From positions 64,001 to 128,000 of the IMG/VR virus record IMGVR_UViG_3300013383_000017: DNA of 64,000 nt; one strand, 5' to 3'. The notes beneath the pieces are model-generated. The model was not told the origin of the DNA. It made no database searches and saw only the letters and a program-made list of their open reading frames with translations. Both the position numbers and the translations under genes were made by a program. Shown here piece after piece: positions 18,995 to 30,500 of this stretch (position 1 is its first letter; the number at the start of each line of letters is the position of its first letter). This DNA is from a virus. Lineage: Duplodnaviria > Caudoviricetes.

Positions 18995-20734
18995 ATGGAC
19001 GCAAATACATTACAGGGAATAATAAATTTAGTAGGCATGTCTGCAGGTAATCTTGATTCTAGTGGGCTTACTAAAGATAAAACTAAATATTCAAATGAGA
19101 TACAATTAAATAATCATTTTTCTTCTACTAATGATTATGACTCACTTACTAATAATTTTAGTAATTTAAAATTAAATACTAATAATTATACACAGTCAGA
19201 TTTATGGAACTCAAATAATTGGAAATCTGCAGCTAATATGTTTAAAGATGCTACTACAGGAGCATTGTCAGGTGCTGCAGCTGGTCCAGTAGGTGCTATA
19301 GTTGGTGCTGTTGCTGGGTTAGGTACAGGTGCTTATAAATGGATAAAAGGAGCAACAGATGCTAAAAATAAAGCAGATGAACTAAATAAAGAACAGAATG
19401 AAGCTAAAAATGCTGCATTGTATAGTGCACAAAATAATGCCTTCAATATATCTAATGATACTTTTAATAAAGCAGTTATGGGAATAAAGAAAAATGGAGG
19501 TAGTTTAAATACCTATGATTTATATAAATTAAGCACATTAACTCCCTATAAAATTAAAGATAAGAAACTACAATATAGAGGATATGGCAATATAAATGCT
19601 TTTGGGGGTGACCTTAATCAGTCTGGTGATTGGAGTAATAATGTAAAAATTATATCAGAAGGGGGTACTCACGAAGAAAATAAATATGGAGGAGTACCAC
19701 TAGGAGTTAGTATAGATGGTGTTCCTAATTTAGTAGAAGAGGGGGAAGTAGTCTTCAATGACTATGTATTTAGTAATAGGTTATTTCCATCAAAAGGACA
19801 GCTAGAAAGCATTAAACTTCCTAGAAAATACAATGGTAAAACTTATGCTGAGATAGCAAAAGATATGCAGAAAGAATCAGCAGAGATGCCTAATGACCCG
19901 ATTGCTAAAAATAGTTTATTAGATAATATGGGAAAACTGATGGCTATTCAAGAAGAAACAAGAGAACTAGAAAGTGCTAAAAATTTTAATAATGCTATTA
20001 ATAAAGATATAAATGTTTTTAAGGGTGGTGGTAAAACTAATACTGATAAAACTAATACTGATAAAACTAATACTGATTGGCTGAGATATGCAAGTGTTAT
20101 AGGCTCTGCTGGTCAAGTATTATCAGATACTTTTAATCTTACTAATCAATATGATTATAGTAATGCTGATTATATAAAACAAGGTATTAACAACATAAAA
20201 GATTACTCCTATACTCCTGTTAATGGACATATTGATTATACCCCAATAGACTTATCTTATTTGGATAGCAAGATATTAAATACTGGTTTAAGTAGTCAAA
20301 GAGCAGTACAAAATAGTTCTTCTAATAATGGGGCAGCTATTACTAATTTACTTGCTTTAAATAATAATATAACTCAACAAAGGGGTGATAATTATTTTAA
20401 GACAAGACAATACAATGAAGAATTAAGAAATAAATCTACTCAGTTTAATACTAATATACAACAAATAAATAGTCAATTACAAGCTCAAACAAATCAATTA
20501 AATGCTCAGTCTGCTGCTCAAAGATTGCAAGGATTAAGTAATTATGCACAATTTAGAGATAGCATTGATACTGCTGTTTCTTCGGCTCGTTCTGCTAACT
20601 GGAATAATCTAATACAGAATTTAAATAATATAGGAAGAGAAAAAGAAGAAGGTAATTTAATTATAGAGTTTTTAAAAAATAATGGTTTGTATGAGCAATA
20701 TATGGATTATATAAATAATACAAAAAATAAATAA
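18995..20734 (+). CDS. Virion cargo/ejection protein
   Basis: Glycine-zipper TM segment (GALSGAAAGPVGAIVGAVAGLG), GGTHEENKYGGV...VEEGEV...FSNRL motif, Q/N-rich coiled coils. Confidence 0.7.
   Translation: MDANTLQGIINLVGMSAGNLDSSGLTKDKTKYSNEIQLNNHFSSTNDYDSLTNNFSNLKLNTNNYTQSDLWNSNNWKSAANMFKDATTGALSGAAAGPVGAIVGAVAGLGTGAYKWIKGATDAKNKADELNKEQNEAKNAALYSAQNNAFNISNDTFNKAVMGIKKNGGSLNTYDLYKLSTLTPYKIKDKKLQYRGYGNINAFGGDLNQSGDWSNNVKIISEGGTHEENKYGGVPLGVSIDGVPNLVEEGEVVFNDYVFSNRLFPSKGQLESIKLPRKYNGKTYAEIAKDMQKESAEMPNDPIAKNSLLDNMGKLMAIQEETRELESAKNFNNAINKDINVFKGGGKTNTDKTNTDKTNTDWLRYASVIGSAGQVLSDTFNLTNQYDYSNADYIKQGINNIKDYSYTPVNGHIDYTPIDLSYLDSKILNTGLSSQRAVQNSSSNNGAAITNLLALNNNITQQRGDNYFKTRQYNEELRNKSTQFNTNIQQINSQLQAQTNQLNAQSAAQRLQGLSNYAQFRDSIDTAVSSARSANWNNLIQNLNNIGREKEEGNLIIEFLKNNGLYEQYMDYINNTKNK
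20033..20077 (+). repeat. Perfect 15-bp tandem repeat x3 (encodes KTNTD x3)
   Basis: aaaactaatactgat occurs three times in frame. Confidence 0.95.
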
Positions 20735-20741
20735 TATAAGT

Positions 20742-22922
20742 ATGCCAAGAATATCAATGAATACTACCGTGTTTAATCCTATTGATTTTGAAAAGAGAAT
20801 TAAACCAGTAGAAGCATATATAAATACATACAATAATGAATCTAAGACTTTAGATACATTAAGTATGGCTGGAGATAATATAGCTTCTTTAATAACAAAT
20901 ACTGAAGAAGATAAAGAACTCCAAAGTAAATATAATAATTATGATACTGGTCTAACTAATGCAGTTAAGCAATTAGAATCTGGAGATATTAGTTCTGCTA
21001 TGAATAGCATAAGAAGTTTATCACGGCAGTATTATAAAGATTTAGACCCAATAAAAACTGCTGCAGCTGCTAGATTACAAGATATACAGAATTATCAAAA
21101 AGAAAAAGCAAAAGGTGATTATATAGGTAATGATCCGTCTCTAAGAGGTATATCTTCTTATATGAATGGTAATGCCCCTAATAATTTCTATATACATGGT
21201 AATGATTTATACAAAGCAGCAATGCAAGGTATGTCATCAGCATCTGCTAGAAACAAAACTATAAGTGATTGGGGGTTAGATGAAGACCTTTTAAATCTGT
21301 ATTTTATAAGGGGAGCAGCTACTGGTTTTTCTGATAAAGATGTTAATGATATATGGGATAGTATATCAGAAAATGTTAAACAAGGAAAAACAAAAAAAGA
21401 TTTAAAAAAAGATCTCACTGCTTTAGAAGCTGATGTTTTAGATGTTGCTCATAGTGTATATGATAGGTATATTGGAAATGCTTTTAATGATGATAAGTAT
21501 TCTAGGGAGCAAGCGTATAATTATATATTATCAGGAGCTAAAGATGGTATAGGATTTGATTATAAAGAGGAACGGTTAAATAATACACTACTTACCGCAA
21601 AAACACCTAAAAAAGAAAATAAGAAAGATGATAGTGCAAAAATAACTAGTTATGCTTATGCTAATAGAGTACCAGATGATAAAGAAATAAAAGAAGAACA
21701 GAGAATATTGGGCTATGCTTATACTGATAGTGATGGCAATGTAAAAATAGCAGATAAAAAAATACAAAAAGAAGTAGCAGAAAAAAATAAAAAAATAGAA
21801 AAACTCTATAAGCAAGGTGTATATAATGATAAAGGAGAAAAAATAGACATACCGTTTGAAGACCTTGATTTTTCTACTTTTGAAGGTAATAAAAATCTAG
21901 ATAATACTGCTGTACCTACAAATGCTGGGTATGCAAAAGGGGTTGCTTATAACTATACTATAAAAGATAAAAAAGGAAATAAATATAAAATAGGAAATAG
22001 TAATAATATGCTTGATGCATTAACTCCTACAACAGAAGAAAAGATAGTAACTAAATATAAACCTATGGAAATAGATGGTGTTGATAAAGTTGATACATTT
22101 AAGTTAGGTGCTGCTATTGAACTTAATAAACATGTAATGAATAATAATATATTAGCATTTGATGATCTTAATAGTTCTGAAAGATCAACCTTAAAAAGCA
22201 AAACAGTAGAATATATTAATAATGTAGGACTACAAGAAAATAATCTTAATAATTCTATTATAGATGGTGATGGTGATAATAGTTATGGTTTATTTGATTT
22301 TAAAACTGGTAAAAGATTAAATGAAAAAGAAACAGAAAATGTTAGAGCTATAAAACAAGAAGATATTATAAGTGTTGGTCTTGCTATGCCTAATAATAAT
22401 AGTGGTTTTAAAATGGTTGTATCTTATAAAGATAAAGATGGTAAAGCTAAAGATATTTATGTAAAACCTAATAATGTAGCATTCCAAAAGTATGTACATA
22501 CAATGGATAGACTGTTAAAAAAGACATCTACATTTAATGACTTATCTATGGAAAGAGCAAAAACAAGTGTTGTTGATAATAAAGCTGATGTTTTAGAAAT
22601 TGGTAAAGATATATTATTAGATGACCTTAATAATGGTACTTTTGATGATAATAATATTAGTGAAAATGGTGTAGAAATTGTAGACACTACTGATGGTGTA
22701 ATAAAAGCTATTGTCCCACAGAAAATAAAAATAGGTGAAGATTTTGATTATATTAAAACTTATTATAGTGTAATACCTGATCCAAATGATGACACTAATT
22801 ATATTATTATAGATAGCAAGCCTGTCTTTGGAAAAGACACTGCTTATAATGGGCAAACTTATAATAGTTTTGCTAAGCACTTAGGAGAAGGATTAATTAA
22901 TCAGTTATTTAAAATGAAATAA
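20742..22922 (+). CDS. Putative virion cargo protein
   Basis: Helical N-terminus (FNPIDF); lies between cargo genes. Confidence 0.55.
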   Translation: MPRISMNTTVFNPIDFEKRIKPVEAYINTYNNESKTLDTLSMAGDNIASLITNTEEDKELQSKYNNYDTGLTNAVKQLESGDISSAMNSIRSLSRQYYKDLDPIKTAAAARLQDIQNYQKEKAKGDYIGNDPSLRGISSYMNGNAPNNFYIHGNDLYKAAMQGMSSASARNKTISDWGLDEDLLNLYFIRGAATGFSDKDVNDIWDSISENVKQGKTKKDLKKDLTALEADVLDVAHSVYDRYIGNAFNDDKYSREQAYNYILSGAKDGIGFDYKEERLNNTLLTAKTPKKENKKDDSAKITSYAYANRVPDDKEIKEEQRILGYAYTDSDGNVKIADKKIQKEVAEKNKKIEKLYKQGVYNDKGEKIDIPFEDLDFSTFEGNKNLDNTAVPTNAGYAKGVAYNYTIKDKKGNKYKIGNSNNMLDALTPTTEEKIVTKYKPMEIDGVDKVDTFKLGAAIELNKHVMNNNILAFDDLNSSERSTLKSKTVEYINNVGLQENNLNNSIIDGDGDNSYGLFDFKTGKRLNEKETENVRAIKQEDIISVGLAMPNNNSGFKMVVSYKDKDGKAKDIYVKPNNVAFQKYVHTMDRLLKKTSTFNDLSMERAKTSVVDNKADVLEIGKDILLDDLNNGTFDDNNISENGVEIVDTTDGVIKAIVPQKIKIGEDFDYIKTYYSVIPDPNDDTNYIIIDSKPVFGKDTAYNGQTYNSFAKHLGEGLINQLFKMK

Positions 22923-22924
22923 TT

Positions 22925-25900
22925 ATGGCAAATGGAAATTATTACTTAAACCAGACTGCTGATAGTGACGGTCAGTTTGAAACTGAAAAATGGGCTACAA
23001 CTAACACTGATAAAACCCAATCTAATGAAGGTGTGTTTTATATGAATACTGAAGATGTCCTTCCTACTTTTGTAGGAAGGCATTTTAATGGAACTACATC
23101 TGATTCTAATGCTGCTGGAAGAGTTATTAACTGGGATAAATATGAATCTGAAGGTTATACGGATTTAGAAATTTTAGCAGCTAATCAAAAAAATAAAGAA
23201 AGAATAGGTAGTGCATTAGTTAATAATGTTGTTACCTTTGGTAGTACTTTATTTAATAGTACTGCAGGTCTTGTTTGGGGATTACTAGACGCTGCTATTA
23301 ATTGGGATATTACAAGATTAGCAGATAATGCTTTAACAAGAGAAGCTCATAAATGGATAGAGGATGCTAACTATAATAATCCTATATATCAAAGAAAAGG
23401 ATTTGAAGATTTAAATGCTTTACAGAGATTGGGTACTACAGAGTTTTGGGCACAAACTATACAAAGTTTAGGATTTACAGAGGGAGCAATAGTGGCTTCT
23501 TTATTGCCCGGTGGTATATTAGCTAGAGCACCTAGATTTATAGGTATGGGATTATCTTCATTAAGTAGTTCTACAGGTGAAGGTACAGTAGAGGCTCTTT
23601 ATGCTAAGGATGATAAAATAAAATTAGAAAAAACATTAGCTATAGATGCATATAATAGAGCTAGAAAAAATATACAATATTTACCAGAAGAAGATAGACA
23701 AGAAGCTTATAATAGTCTTGAAAATAAATTAAATATAGCTTTAAATGATATCCAAAATGATGGTGATAGAGTTGGTAATGCAGTGTTGGGATTAAATATT
23801 GCATTATTAACAATTACTGGTTTAGCAGAATTTGGTCCTTTAATAAAAAGAGGTATGAGTAAAGCTAGAGCTAGGTCTGCAAAAAAATTATTAGAAGCAG
23901 GTAATATAGAACAGGCTATAAGTAGGGCAGGTAAACATGTTGAGGGTAACCCATTAACTGTTGTTAGAAGAGGAACTAATGGTGCAATAGAGGAAATTGA
24001 TAGGGTTGGTAAGGGAATATTTTATGCTAAAGAAGGAGCAAAGGTTATTGGGAGAGGTTTAGTAGAAGGATTTGAAGAAATCGGTCAAGGTATAATACCA
24101 AGTGCACTAGATAAATATAGTAAATTTAATAGCTTTAATGATAGTGAATTTAATCCTGAAAAAAGAGAAACTACTAATAATTTCTTAAATGCAATGTGGC
24201 AATCTACATTAGAAGCAATGCATGATCAAAATGTTTTATCCGAGGGATTAAGTGGCTTTGTTACAGGTGTAATAGGTGCACCTATGATTAGAAGTTCTAG
24301 AAATAGTAAAGGTAATTTCCAGTCTCCTATATATTTACAAGGTGCTTTGCATGAATCTTTTGAAAACATTAGAGATTATAATAAGATACAGGGTGATATA
24401 GATGTAATTAACAAGAGACTACAAGATCCTAATTTTCAAGAATTTTATAATCACCTAACAAGAAATATTGCTTTTAATGAAGAAACTAATGAAGCTATAG
24501 CAGAAGATGATATAAAGAAATTAAAAGACAGTGAATTAAAAACAATTATATCAGACATTACTCTTTTTAATAATGTAGGTGCCTTAAATAATTATAGGCA
24601 AATGATAAGAGATATATCTACTCTTAATGATGAACAAATAGATGAATTAATAAAAGAAACAACAGATAAAGATGGTAATGGTCCTTTTAGTTCTAATGAT
24701 AATAAAGATGACATTAATATAGTTAGAGATAAACTAAAATCAAATGCTGATTACATTGAGAGTCAAATAGATATGTATGAAAAGTATAGTACTTTCTTAG
24801 ACTCTGTTTTACCTAATCTAGATTCAAAAGTAAGAGAAAATATAATTGCAGCTCATATTACTAATGAAGACTGGTTGCAAAGAAGTTCTGAATTAAAAGA
24901 TAAAATATATGATTATTATAAGCATTACCAAGAAAATATAGATTCTAGTAAATTAGAATCAAAAGAAGAATTCTACAAACATAGTATTGAGGAACTAAAT
25001 ACTATATTTAAAGAAGTAATAAGAAGAGCTTCTGTATTAGAAAAGAAAGAAATAAATGATACTATTACAGATTTTAATAGAATTAATAAGAATATTGAAG
25101 ACTATAGTACTCAGCTTGAAAACTTTTATAAGGACCCATCTCAATATGTTAAACAGAGAGAGAGGAAAGTGGAAAGAAAAAAACAAGAAGTACAAAATAA
25201 CAGTAAACAAGATAAATTAAGTAGAATTGATAATGCTACCTCTTTTGCTGATATATATAATATAGAACAAGAAGAAACAGAACCAGATACTCCTTATGTT
25301 GATGCTCATAGTAGTAAAAGTAAAATAGCAAAAGAATATATTAAAACACGGTCTACTTTAAGTGTTATAAATAGAAAAAGTCAAGCATTACTAAAAGATA
25401 AGTCTGTACCAGAACAGGTAAAAAAAGATATAAAAACTATTATAAATAGAGCTTTTGATTTTACTGATGATAAACAATCTATTAAATCTTATAATGATTT
25501 AGTTAATATAGATAATTCTTTTTTTAATTCTCAGTTACTACAAGAAGATGGAAAAGATGTAAAACCAGAAGAGTTGCAGAAAAGATTTGATGCTGCTATG
25601 TCTTTACTTACTCCTATTATTAAACAAGCAGATTCCGAAAATAAAAAAAGACAAAAATTTACTGATAAACAGGGTAATACTCTAGAATTAGATGATACCT
25701 ATACAGGAACAAAAGAGGAGGAAGAATTATTTGATTTTATGGAAAGAAAATCAAGGGAAAAAGCAGATGATTATAGTGATATTGATGATTCCATTGCAGA
25801 TGATGTCCCTAAACCTAAACCTGCGCAACCTAATAATGAAAAAAAGAGGAAGAATAAAAAAGAGGAGAGTGGAGAAGAAAATGGAGAAGGTAATGGATTT

Positions 25901-27445
25901 ACTACATATACTGATGAAAATGGTGTTGTGCACTATGTTGACCCTAACAGTGCAGAGCGGAAACAAGATGATAATAGTAAAGAAAGTATAAAAGAAGGTT
26001 CTGGTCAGTTTTCTGGAGATGTAAATATAGATTTACCAGAAGGTTCTTTCTATCCTGCTATATATCAATATGATTTAAGTGAAGCTAATCCTTTAGATAA
26101 AAATGGTAATTATAAAGACATAAACTTTGTACAGCCTAAATATGAAAATTCAGACAAGGTATATACTTATTTAAAAACTAAAGGACCAGAAGGCAATGCT
26201 TTTGAGTGGGTAAATAATGGAGGATTAAAAAAATATGTAGAAGAAGGTGGTAAAGTATATATTGGTATAGACCCTGAGTTTTCTGAAACACAACCTGTTT
26301 TCTTTGTAAAAATAGGAGATGAATATAAACCAATAAATCTATCTTATGAGAGTCAAGAACAGATAGATAAAAGGGGTCTTACTGATATACATAGAGTTGT
26401 AGTAGAGGAATATAATAAAAATAAAGGTAATCTTTATATTAGTCCTTATTTATTTACAGTTAGTAATATAGCAAGAGGTAGATTACCTATCAAGGTAAAT
26501 CAAAAGTTTAATTTAAAAGATGTTATAGGTACAACTACTGACCCTTTTTCTTTATCAATAGTTATTGATAAGTATGCTATGAATCCATACTCAGGTAGGG
26601 CTTATATTAAAATAAAGACAGCTAATAGTAATATGCCTATTAGTGTTCCTATTATGCCTATTAGATATAAAGATAGGGATTTAAATTCTAATAATAGTTA
26701 TTTAGATAAAGTAGATACTGTAGTGCGTAATTTTGTTACTGAGGTTACTTCTTTTGCTGTAGGTTTAGGAAATATAGAAGATGTATTAAAATTGTTAAAT
26801 AAATTAAAACCATATATTCTTATAGAAGACTTAGAACTATTTGTATCTAATGATGTTTTATATTTTGCAAAAAAATTAAGAGATGAAAATGGTAATATTA
26901 TTAAAAAAGCAAATGGATATGATGCCACAAAAATAATAGGTAGTACTGATGCTATTAATTCAAGAGATGCTGCTGTTGATTTAGTTAATGCTGTTTTAGG
27001 TGATTTTAAATTTGTAATTAATAAGGATTCTAATATCTTTAAATTAGAAGAAGCAGCAGAAGCAGGTATCTTATATTGTTTTACTCCTAGCTTGCAATCT
27101 CAAATGTCTTTTTATAGTCTTAAAGCAGAGAGTAGAATTGCAGAACAGAAACCAGTAGAAGGAAATAATGAGGATAGCACAAAAGCAGATGAACAAAAAC
27201 CTAATAGTATTATACAAAGAAAAGAAAGAAAAGCAAGAGTACAACAAGAACATGAAGTTGAAGGAGAAATACATAAAGCATCAAACTTAAATAATAATAA
27301 TGATTCTAACGCTGTTATAAGTATGGATGAAGAAAGAAATAAAAGTATGGATAATCAACCAAGAGAAGCTCCTGTAGAGAGTAAATCAGCTGCTTTAAGT
27401 AATAAAGAAGAGGAATACATAAATAATTGTGATTTTCCGTTTTAA
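22925..27445 (+). CDS. Large virion cargo/ejection protein (1506 aa)
   Basis: Gly/Ala-rich hydrophobic segments, EGFEEIGQ motif, long coiled coils and acidic linkers. Confidence 0.6.
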   Translation: MANGNYYLNQTADSDGQFETEKWATTNTDKTQSNEGVFYMNTEDVLPTFVGRHFNGTTSDSNAAGRVINWDKYESEGYTDLEILAANQKNKERIGSALVNNVVTFGSTLFNSTAGLVWGLLDAAINWDITRLADNALTREAHKWIEDANYNNPIYQRKGFEDLNALQRLGTTEFWAQTIQSLGFTEGAIVASLLPGGILARAPRFIGMGLSSLSSSTGEGTVEALYAKDDKIKLEKTLAIDAYNRARKNIQYLPEEDRQEAYNSLENKLNIALNDIQNDGDRVGNAVLGLNIALLTITGLAEFGPLIKRGMSKARARSAKKLLEAGNIEQAISRAGKHVEGNPLTVVRRGTNGAIEEIDRVGKGIFYAKEGAKVIGRGLVEGFEEIGQGIIPSALDKYSKFNSFNDSEFNPEKRETTNNFLNAMWQSTLEAMHDQNVLSEGLSGFVTGVIGAPMIRSSRNSKGNFQSPIYLQGALHESFENIRDYNKIQGDIDVINKRLQDPNFQEFYNHLTRNIAFNEETNEAIAEDDIKKLKDSELKTIISDITLFNNVGALNNYRQMIRDISTLNDEQIDELIKETTDKDGNGPFSSNDNKDDINIVRDKLKSNADYIESQIDMYEKYSTFLDSVLPNLDSKVRENIIAAHITNEDWLQRSSELKDKIYDYYKHYQENIDSSKLESKEEFYKHSIEELNTIFKEVIRRASVLEKKEINDTITDFNRINKNIEDYSTQLENFYKDPSQYVKQRERKVERKKQEVQNNSKQDKLSRIDNATSFADIYNIEQEETEPDTPYVDAHSSKSKIAKEYIKTRSTLSVINRKSQALLKDKSVPEQVKKDIKTIINRAFDFTDDKQSIKSYNDLVNIDNSFFNSQLLQEDGKDVKPEELQKRFDAAMSLLTPIIKQADSENKKRQKFTDKQGNTLELDDTYTGTKEEEELFDFMERKSREKADDYSDIDDSIADDVPKPKPAQPNNEKKRKNKKEESGEENGEGNGFTTYTDENGVVHYVDPNSAERKQDDNSKESIKEGSGQFSGDVNIDLPEGSFYPAIYQYDLSEANPLDKNGNYKDINFVQPKYENSDKVYTYLKTKGPEGNAFEWVNNGGLKKYVEEGGKVYIGIDPEFSETQPVFFVKIGDEYKPINLSYESQEQIDKRGLTDIHRVVVEEYNKNKGNLYISPYLFTVSNIARGRLPIKVNQKFNLKDVIGTTTDPFSLSIVIDKYAMNPYSGRAYIKIKTANSNMPISVPIMPIRYKDRDLNSNNSYLDKVDTVVRNFVTEVTSFAVGLGNIEDVLKLLNKLKPYILIEDLELFVSNDVLYFAKKLRDENGNIIKKANGYDATKIIGSTDAINSRDAAVDLVNAVLGDFKFVINKDSNIFKLEEAAEAGILYCFTPSLQSQMSFYSLKAESRIAEQKPVEGNNEDSTKADEQKPNSIIQRKERKARVQQEHEVEGEIHKASNLNNNNDSNAVISMDEERNKSMDNQPREAPVESKSAALSNKEEEYINNCDFPF

Positions 27446-27456
27446 ATACTATATAT

Positions 27457-27496
27457 AAAAATAAAGGTGAGGATTTATATAATCCCCACCTTTTTT
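27457..27496. terminator. Bidirectional terminator at the convergence of the two transcription units
   Basis: A-rich tract, aaaggtgaggatt...aatccccaccttt stem, then T-tract; sits between convergent stops. Confidence 0.85.
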
Positions 27497-27513
27497 GTTT
27501 ATAGTCATATTTT

Positions 27514-30500
27514 TTATTTATTAAAGTATCTTTCTGCTATTTCTGGATGTAATAATCTATATATTGTTTTATTCATAGGTACAAAGGGACTATTCATTAA
27601 TGCTCTATAACCTTTTGATTTTCCTTTAAATCTTCCAGATTCTATCTTTTCTCCAAACCAATTAGGTAAATATAATGCTTCTTTTATCGATCCTATACTT
27701 TCTAATGTTCTAGTTGCTGCCATAGGAGAAGCAATGATATCTCCTAATTCTCTTGTAACACCAAAAGGAGTAAATGCTTTTATTTCAGTTTTTAATCTCC
27801 TACTCATATATATAAGTAATCTTTCTCCCCAAGGATTATCTTTTTTATCTTTATCACCCGTTAATGCAGCAGTAACACCTGTTAATACTATTACTGTTAT
27901 TAATTCATTTAAAGCTCTTGCTATATTAGATTTTTGAAAATCTTCCATCTGATCCCAATGAAGACTTATTTGTAGTCCCATATCTTTGGAATCTTTAATA
28001 GTACTATATATAAACTTCCACAAAGATACATAATAACCTTCATGTTCTTCTGCAGTATCAAAATTATATAGTGTTTCTTTTGATGTTATACCTCCATATT
28101 TTCTATTTAGAGCTGGTACAATATACTTTCTAAACATCATTATTAAAGCACCTATTGCTGTTTTTTGTAAAGCATTTTTATCTGCTTTATTATAAATACC
28201 ATATAAATCATGGTTTACTCCCCACACTCTTTTTTTGAAGTTATTTTCTTCTTCTCTTGTTAACTCTACACCATCTATTGTACCTAAATATTTCTCACCA
28301 TTCTCATCAGTTTTAACTTCTAATGCATCCCATAAAGATATCTCTTTACCATCATTTGTTTTTACTTTAGTATACATTGCTTGTGCTAATGCTGTCCTAC
28401 TTTCGCCCCAATGCGCACCTGCAGACATTAAAAAATAAAGACTATTTTCTGATAATAATTTTCTTACCTTTGGTGTTTTAAATTTATAATTAAATATATC
28501 ATTTTCATAATTATGAAGAACATCAAATTTTTCAAGGAATAATCCAAGTTTATTTGTTTTATTTATTTCCCCAAATTCTCCTATAACTTTTAATATATTT
28601 TTTCTATAGTACTTATCTGCTGAATATAAAGATTTTGCATCAAAATAAGCCTTTCCTCCCTTTACCATACTAGCAGCAACTTCAGAATTTACTTGAATAA
28701 TATCATTACCAACAGCTGCAATAGCAGCTAATGCATTTAATGCTAAAGAGTTAAGAGCAGTTAATTTATTTAATAGTCCTGCAACTTTAGATAAGTTTAT
28801 ATTAGTATTCTTAATTTGTACACTTGCATCACTTAAATATCTTCCGTAGAGTTGTGTTTCTAATAGTTCGTTATATTTAGCTACAAAATTATTATTTTCA
28901 GTTTTAAATATTTTCTGTACTAATTTTATACCTTTTGTTTTTATAGTTTCATTTCCTTTTTCTTCTGCAACTCTTTCATTCATAGGTGTTCTACCTAATT
29001 CTAATATATCAACTATATCAGACATTTCTTCATAATTTATAGCCATATCAGCAAAAGCAAGCATTGTAGATACCGTATCTCTATTTAAATTACTTTCATC
29101 TATAGCAGATGTAAAAAATATAGGAAGAGTGTATTTTTCAGAACCATCAAAATTTTTATATTTACCACCACTACCAAAATTTGTATCAGATAAATGAGAT
29201 GTTACAGATTGCTTTGCGGCTTCTCTTATTTTTCCCCACCACTCTTTAGGGTTTGTTTCTTTTAATCTCAAATATAAATCTTTTTGCATTTGTACAGCTA
29301 GCATTGGATCATTACTTAGTATTTGAGGAGGTAGTTTGCTTAACATATTCACTCTTATTTGCATAAAAGTATTATAGTAATCTAACTGTTCATCTGATAA
29401 ATTGTAATCTTTTTGTATATCTACACTATATTTAAGTGGGGATGGATCCCCCTCATAAGTAGTATTATCTCTATACCAAGCATTTAAATCTTGATTATAA
29501 TCTTTCCAATCTCCTTTTTCTATATCTCTTTTATACTTTTCATATAGTTCTTTCTTAAAAGAATTTAAAGTATCATAATATAAAGTCCAGTTGGTATTAG
29601 ATATATATCTACCACTCATACTACCATCTTTATGTCTTTCAAACATAAAAGAATCATCTAATCCTTTTTCTTTTAATTTATTATATTTTGCTACAAGTAC
29701 TCTTTTTAGTTCCTGTACTTTAGTTCTTGTATTGTCTTTCTTTTCTTTTATAGCAGCATCTACTATTTGTATTAATAAGTCATTAGTATTAGCTGCAGAT
29801 TGTATATATCTATCAATAATAGTTATATCCTGTTTAGCTGTTTCTAATAAGCTATCTATTATATCTTTTGTTAGTACTTTTTTCCCTTCTTTAGTTGATA
29901 CTTTTATTCCTTCTTCTGGGAAATACTCTTTTAAAAAAGTAGAAAAAGCACTAAAAGCAGCTTTTTTATATTCTGATTCTAGGATACCTAAATCTTCATT
30001 CAAACTATGTAAATAAGAAGAAATTTGAGGTTCTAATTTTAAATCACCATCAAATGTTTCTTTGGCTATTAAATCTCTTACTGTAGGATATATAGAATCT
30101 ATAAATATTTTTATAGTATTTAATTGATAAGCAGCTTCTTTTATATTTAAATCAGAATTAATAATTCCTTTCATTTTATCTGTATAAGTAGATAGATTCT
30201 CAAAAGATTTTTGTATAAAAGATACTATACCAATATCAAACTCTTCTTTTGCTAGATTTTCTTTTTCTTCTAAAATAAAAGATTCAACATCAAATATATA
30301 ATCTGCTAATTTATCATTTAGTTCCTCTTTTTCTTTTTCTGTTTTTGCTTTTAGCATTTTATCTTGAAGACTCTTTCTATAGAAGTCATATTTCTTTATT
30401 TCATTACTTAAAATTCTTGTTAGTATTTCTTTTTTGGATGTTGTTTTACTTTGTAAGTTATATAAAGAATCTAGTTTTTTTAGGTTGTTTAATTGTTCTT

